DNA of 50,822 nucleotides, the filler included, from Sphacelaria rigidula (taxonomy: Eukaryota): the NCBI GenBank assembly GCA_964200075.2. It is 2 parts of 2 records of this genome, joined end to end, with 100 filler letters (N's around TTAATTAATTAA, not from the genome) between each part and the next. Parts side by side here need not be neighbours in the genome. Positions count along the whole stretch, not along the records: positions 25,482 to 50,822 come from CAXNAA020000170.1; 1 more part is not named here. One strand, given 5' to 3'. Positions 50,101-50,822 of this stretch are shown here, one piece after another. The position numbers and the translations under genes were made by a program. Within the stretch, counting starts at the first letter, position 1; each line of letters opens with the position of its first letter. Under the pieces are notes generated by a model that made no database searches, had not been told where the DNA came from, and was given only the letters and a program-made list of their open reading frames with translations.

Positions 50101-50822
50101 GCCATAGTCATCAGACCATTGACCTCGCATCCCTACAAAGCCGGGACGGAGCACGCCGGGGTGCATCGAGGGACGGAGGGGTGCATCGAGGAAGTCGATC
50201 GCTAGAGTCAAACCTCATTGACAACGTATCTCTCTGGGGCCGGGGCTTATTTACCATTCAGAATGCTCAAGGATAAACATCAGATATACTGTACGCAAAA
50301 GTCCCCGTATGCTTAATGAAATCCGCGAATCGTAGTGTGTTCATCTCGGCTTCGGACAATGATGGCAAATCGTCTTCGTTGATCGGTTCTTCTGTCCCGA
50401 CAAGACACGATCTCAGGGCTTGCATGCCATTACGTTGTTGTCGGTGAGATTTGCTGCAAAAATCGCCCAACCACCTTTGTGGCGAGATGTGAAACGGTTT
50501 CGGGGCACCTCGAAGCCAGAATATTTTGCTGTATGGTGACCTGATTGCTTTGGAGTACTGCATCATGTGACTTCTTTTGTCGACACCAGTGCTACGGATC
50601 TCGTGGAAAATGGCAAGTCCGCACGTACGTGAAACCAGCGCGTCAGCACATCTCGCACGTGTTTTTTGTTTGTTTCTTCATGAGCCTTTAAACGCCCCTC
50701 CGTTCCTCGGGTGCTTAACACGTTGTCTCGAGGGTCTAAATCCCCCCTTTCCCCACCGACTCCCCCACCCCCCGGCCCCCCCCCCCCCCCACTCACCGCC
50801 CGAGCCTCCGCCAGCCACTCCA
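26151..50822 (-). CDS. Large uncharacterised Cys-rich protein with GCC2/GCC3 (ephrin-receptor-like) repeats and a predicted transmembrane region; partial at both ends
   Basis: Phase-consistent exons 5'->3': 50279-50391 (ends uncertain), 49880-50059, 49325-49456, 48805-48918, 48080-48133, 47303-47377, 45720-45866, 44937-45317, 44435-44650, 43474-43596, 42880-42994, 42219-42355, 40777-40932, 39967-40118, 39485-39616, 37070-37215, 36002-36089, 34059-34296, 33060-33140, 32326-32406, 31204-31443, 30653-30852, 29333-29465, 28758-28844, 27389-27529, 26151-26302. Repeats CPEGYICEE, CREGYVCDFGT, CPVGYVCTDGT and CSENYFCPTGT. The last exon ends in hydrophobic WMLYMVFFTIVG. Structure above 50391 is unresolved. 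Confidence 0.85.
29047..29120. repeat. 18-bp minisatellite, about 4 copies
   Basis: GAGAGTGGTGGCCACAAT units. Confidence 0.85.
29975..30441 (+). repeat. Composite repeat: family A copies around the 165-bp internal segment
   Basis: Family A at 29975-30057, 30252-30360 and partially at 30383-30441. Internal segment 30071-30236. A 9-N gap lies at 30237-30245. Confidence 0.8.
37790..38700. repeat. Degenerate low-complexity array of CATCCATCTG/GGGATATC motifs with a T-rich core
   Basis: Dense recurrence of CCATCT(G), GGGATA(T) and ATATCCA within an intron. Confidence 0.6.
40119..40350. repeat. 114-bp tandem duplication that includes a 3' splice site
   Basis: CTGTCGAACGAGCAT...ACCCACGGACA.CAT units start at 40119 and 40233. 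Confidence 0.9.
41869..41985. repeat. 31-bp minisatellite, about 4 copies
   Basis: GCTAGGGAACCACCCGTGCTAATCACCCGCTC-like units. Confidence 0.85.
43927..44186. mobile_element. MITE-like element (260 bp), copy 2
   Basis: Termini GACAATTTCCACGAT / CTATCGTAGAAAGTGTC. Inverted homolog of 19478-19726. Confidence 0.7.
46060..46445. repeat. Degenerate minisatellite of about 40-45 bp units
   Basis: Recurring CCAGGGTATC(T)...ACTG..G.CAGTAC.GA.TA motifs within an intron. Confidence 0.6.
48313..48337. repeat. (TA)n microsatellite
   Basis: Run of TA. Similar runs occur near 9275-9299 and 20528-20542. Confidence 0.9.
50074..50161 (-). repeat. Family A short repeat next to a splice acceptor
   Basis: GGGGGGGTGTACTCATGATCATGC...CCCTACAAAGCCGGGACGGAGCACGCCGGG. 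Confidence 0.9.

Noticed and set aside
50563-50796. Gly-rich 77-aa ORF as a complete exon
   Set aside because: It begins at a likely GTGAGT donor and the G-rich part may be intronic. Exon structure there is unresolved.

Overview
Eukaryotic, intron-rich, TE-littered genomic DNA of about 50% GC. The architecture suggests a brown alga or related stramenopile (inference only). An artificial N44-TTAATTAATTAA-N44 linker at 25382-25481 splits the window. The left half holds a frameshifted Ty3/Gypsy chromovirus on the minus strand (PR-RT-RH-IN-chromodomain). Its putative 5' LTR is followed by an unusual 59-nt copy of the 3' part of mature tRNA-Ser(GCU), including CCA, and then a duplicated 135-bp LTR end. 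The left half also has a solo LTR, eight phase-consistent exons of a prmA-like ribosomal protein L11 methyltransferase, a fold-back element, a decayed DIRS-type RT and a MITE. The right half holds at least 26 phase-consistent minus-strand exons (about 1270 aa) of a large, unassigned Cys-rich protein with GCC2/GCC3 (ephrin-receptor-like) repeats that runs into a predicted transmembrane segment. Its introns carry a poly(C)-tailed short repeat family, a second copy of the MITE and minisatellites. Most ORFs in the supplied track are spurious. All exon and repeat coordinates were read by eye.
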